A stretch of 64,000 nucleotides of DNA from Neoechinorhynchus agilis (Eukaryota > Animalia > Acanthocephala). The notes under the pieces are model-generated. The model was not told the origin of the DNA, searched no databases, and saw nothing but the letters and a program-made list of their open reading frames with translations. The stretch spans positions 3,567,738-3,631,737 of the forward strand of contig CM121341.1 of the NCBI GenBank assembly GCA_051530055.1, given 5' to 3'. The translations under genes and the position numbers were made by a program. Below, piece by piece: positions 60,901 to 64,000 of this stretch (positions are counted from its first letter, which is position 1; each line of letters begins with the position of its first letter).

Positions 60901-63900
60901 AAAGATAAAGCAAAAACGTTTTACGTTGACGTCACTCGATCGACCAACGCTGAAGTCGCATTTAAATAAAAGTCAACAGATTCATTTCAAAAAGAACGCG
61001 TCGACCTTTTTCGTCGATTTCTTCTAAACGAACGTGAGTTTTGAACATTTGTTGAGATTACGTCACGACCAAAAAAGATAAAGCAGAAAAACGTTTTACG
61101 TTGACGTCACTCGATCGAACAACGCTGAAGTCGCATTTAAATAAAAGTCAACAGGATTCATTTCAAAAAAGAACGCGTCGACCTTTTTCGTTGGTTTTTT
61201 GTTCTAAACGAACGTGAGTTTTGAACATTTGTTGAGATTACGTCACGACCAAAAATAAAGCAAAAACGCTTTACGTTGATCACTCGATCGACCAACGCTG
61301 AGTCGCATTTAAATAAAAGTCAACAGGATTCATTTCAAAAAAGAACGCGTCGACCTTTTTTCGTCGATTTCTTTCTAAACGAACGTGAGTTTTGAACATT
61401 TGTTGAGATTACGTCACGACCAAAAACAAAGCAAGAAACGTTATACGTTGACGTCACTCGATCGACCAACGCTGGTCGCATTTAAATAAAAGTCACAGGA
61501 TTCATTTCAAAAGAACGCGTCGACCTTTTTCGTCGATTTCTTTCTAAACGAACGTGAGTTTGGAACATTTGTTGAGATTACGTCACGACCAAAAAAGATA
61601 AAGCAGAAAAACGTTTTACGTTGACGTCACTCGATCGAACAACGCTGAAGTCGCATTTAAATAAAAGTCAACAGGATTCATTTCAAAAAAGAACGCGTCG
61701 ACCTTTTTCGTTGGTTTTTTGTTCTAAACGAACGTGAGTTTGGAACATTTGTTGAGATTACGTCACGACCAAAAAAGATAAAGCAAAAAACGCTTTACGT
61801 TGACGTCACTCGATCGACCAACGCTGAAGTCGCATTTAAATAAAAGTCAACAGATTCATTTCAAAAAAGAACGCGCGACCTTTTTCGTGTTTTTTCTAAA
61901 CGAAGTGAGTTTGAACATTTGTTGAATTACGTCACGACAAAAAAATAAAGCAAAAAACGTTTACGTTGACGTCACTCGATCGACAACGCTAAGTCGCATT
62001 TAAAAAAAGTCACAGGATTCATTTAAAAAGAACGCGCGACCTTTTTTCGTCGATTTCTTTCTAAACGAACGTGAGTTTGAACATTTTTGAATTACGTCAC
62101 GACCAAAATCGATAGGGCAGAAACGTTCTACGATGACGTCACTCGATCGACCAACGCTCAGTCGCATTTAATAAAAGTCAACAGGATTCATTTCAAAAAA
62201 GAACGCGTCGACCTTTTTTCGTCGATTTTTTTAAACGAAGTGAGTTTGAACATTTGTTGAGATTACGTCACGACCAAAAAAGATAAAGCAGAAAAACGTT
62301 TTACGTTGACGTCACTCGATCGAACAACGCTGAAGTCGCATTTAAATAAAAGTCAACAGGATTCATTTCAAAAGAACGCGTCGACCTTTTCGTTGGTTTT
62401 TTTCTAAACGAACGTGAGTTTGGAACATTTGTTGAGATTACGTCACGACCAAAAAAGATAAAGCAGAAAAACGTTTTACGTTGACGTCACTCGATCGAGC
62501 AACGCTGAAGTCGCATTTAGATAAGTCAACAGGATTCATTTCAAAAAAGAACGCGTCGACCTTTTCGTTGGTTTTTTGTTCTAAACGAACGTGAGTTTGG
62601 AACATTTGTTGAGATTACGTCACGACCAAAAAAGATAAAGCAGAAAAACGTTTTACGTTGACGTCACTCGATCGACCAACGCTCAAGTCGCATTTAAATA
62701 AAAGTCAACAGGATTCATTTCAAAAAAGAACGCGTCGACCTTTTTTCGTCGATTTCTTTCTAAACGAACGTGAGTTTTGAACATTTGTTGAGATTACGTC
62801 ACGACCAAAAAAGATAAAGCAGAAAACGTTTTACGTTGACGTCACTCGATCGAACAACGCTGAAGTCGCATTTAAATAAAAGTCAACAGGATTCATTTCA
62901 AAAGAACGCGTCGACTCGTTGGTTTTTTGTTCTAAACGAACGTGAGTTTGGAACATTTGGAGATTACGTCACGACCAAAAAAGATAAAGCAGAAAAACGT
63001 TTTACGTTGACGTCACTCGATCGAACAACGCTGAAGTCGCATTTAGATAAAAGTCAACAGGATTCATTTCAAAAAAGAACGCGTCGACCTTTTTCGTTGG
63101 TTTTTTGTTCTAAACGAACGTGAGTTTGGAACATTTGTTGAGATTACGTCACGACCAAAAAAGATAAAGCAGAAAAACGTTTTACGTTGACGTCACTCGA
63201 TCGAACAACGCTGAAGTCGCATTTAAATAAAAGTCAACAGGATTCATTTCAAAAAAGAACGCGTCGACCTTTTTCGTTGGTTTTTTGTTCTAAACGAACG
63301 TGAGTTTGGAACATTTGTTGAGATTACGTCACGACCAAAAAAGATAAAGCAGAAAAACGTTTTACGTTGACGTCACTCGATCGAACAACGCTGAAGTCGC
63401 ATTTAAATAAAAGTCAACAGCATTCATTTCAAAAAAGAACGCGTCGACCTTTTTCGTTGGTTTTTTGTTCTAAACGAACGTGAGTTTGGAACATTTGTTG
63501 AGATTACGTCACGACCAAAAAAGATAAAGCAGAAAAACGTTTTACGTTGACGTCACTCGATCGACCAACGCTCAAGTCGCATTTAAATAAAAGTCAACAG
63601 GATTCATTTCAAAAAAGAACGCGTCGACGTTTTTTCGTCGATTTCTTTCTAAACGAACGTGAGTTTGGAACATTTGTTGAGATTACGTCACGACCAAAAA
63701 AGATAAAGCAGAAAAACGTTTTACGTTGACGTCACTCGATCGAGCAACGCTGAAGTCGCATTTAAATAAAAGTCACATTCATTTCAAAAAAGAACGCGTC
63801 GACCTTTTTCGTTGGTTTTTGTTCTAAACGAACGTGAGTTTTGAACATTTGTTGAGATTACGTCACGACCAAAAAGATAGCAGAAACGTCTATCGTGACG

Positions 63901-64000
63901 TCACTCGATCGACCAACGCTAAGTCGATTTAAATAAAAGTCAGCAGGATTCTTTTTAAAAACCAACGCGTCGACCTTTTTCGTTGATTTTTTTCTAAACG
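57990..64000. repeat. Satellite array, unit about 180 bp, at least 33 copies, running off the window end
   Basis: AAACGAACGTGAG occurs at 58201, 58381 and 58561. Confidence 0.98.

Overview
Eukaryotic (animal) genomic DNA, AT-rich and compact, with about a third of the window in tandem satellites. Recognisable genes: TMEM65, TBC1D13, a Shisa-like protein, a class B DnaJ, tRNA-Gln(TTG), MRPS30, ADRM1/Rpn13, UNC-45 and an ISWI remodeller (SMARCA5/1), plus several lineage-specific ORFs. Decayed CRE-clade-like non-LTR retrotransposon pieces and foldback MITEs are scattered through the intergenic DNA. Some genes carry ordinary tiny GT-AG introns (about 45-55 nt). The main finding is a second class of intervening sequence at nine sites in seven genes. 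These are 46-1538 nt long, lack well-placed GT-AG ends, and their two ends base-pair into a stem. Eight of nine can be removed between two TA dinucleotides to restore the frame or the conserved sequence, giving 935-aa UNC-45 and 1048-aa ISWI. The stems share no sequence and show G-U rather than A-C pairs on the sense strand, which suggests structure-defined non-canonical introns; DNA-level IES-like excision remains possible. Caveats: exact junctions are inferred without transcripts, several sites have weaker canonical or indel-error explanations, and the assembly shows signs of indel noise. The species cannot be identified; a larvacean tunicate is only a guess.
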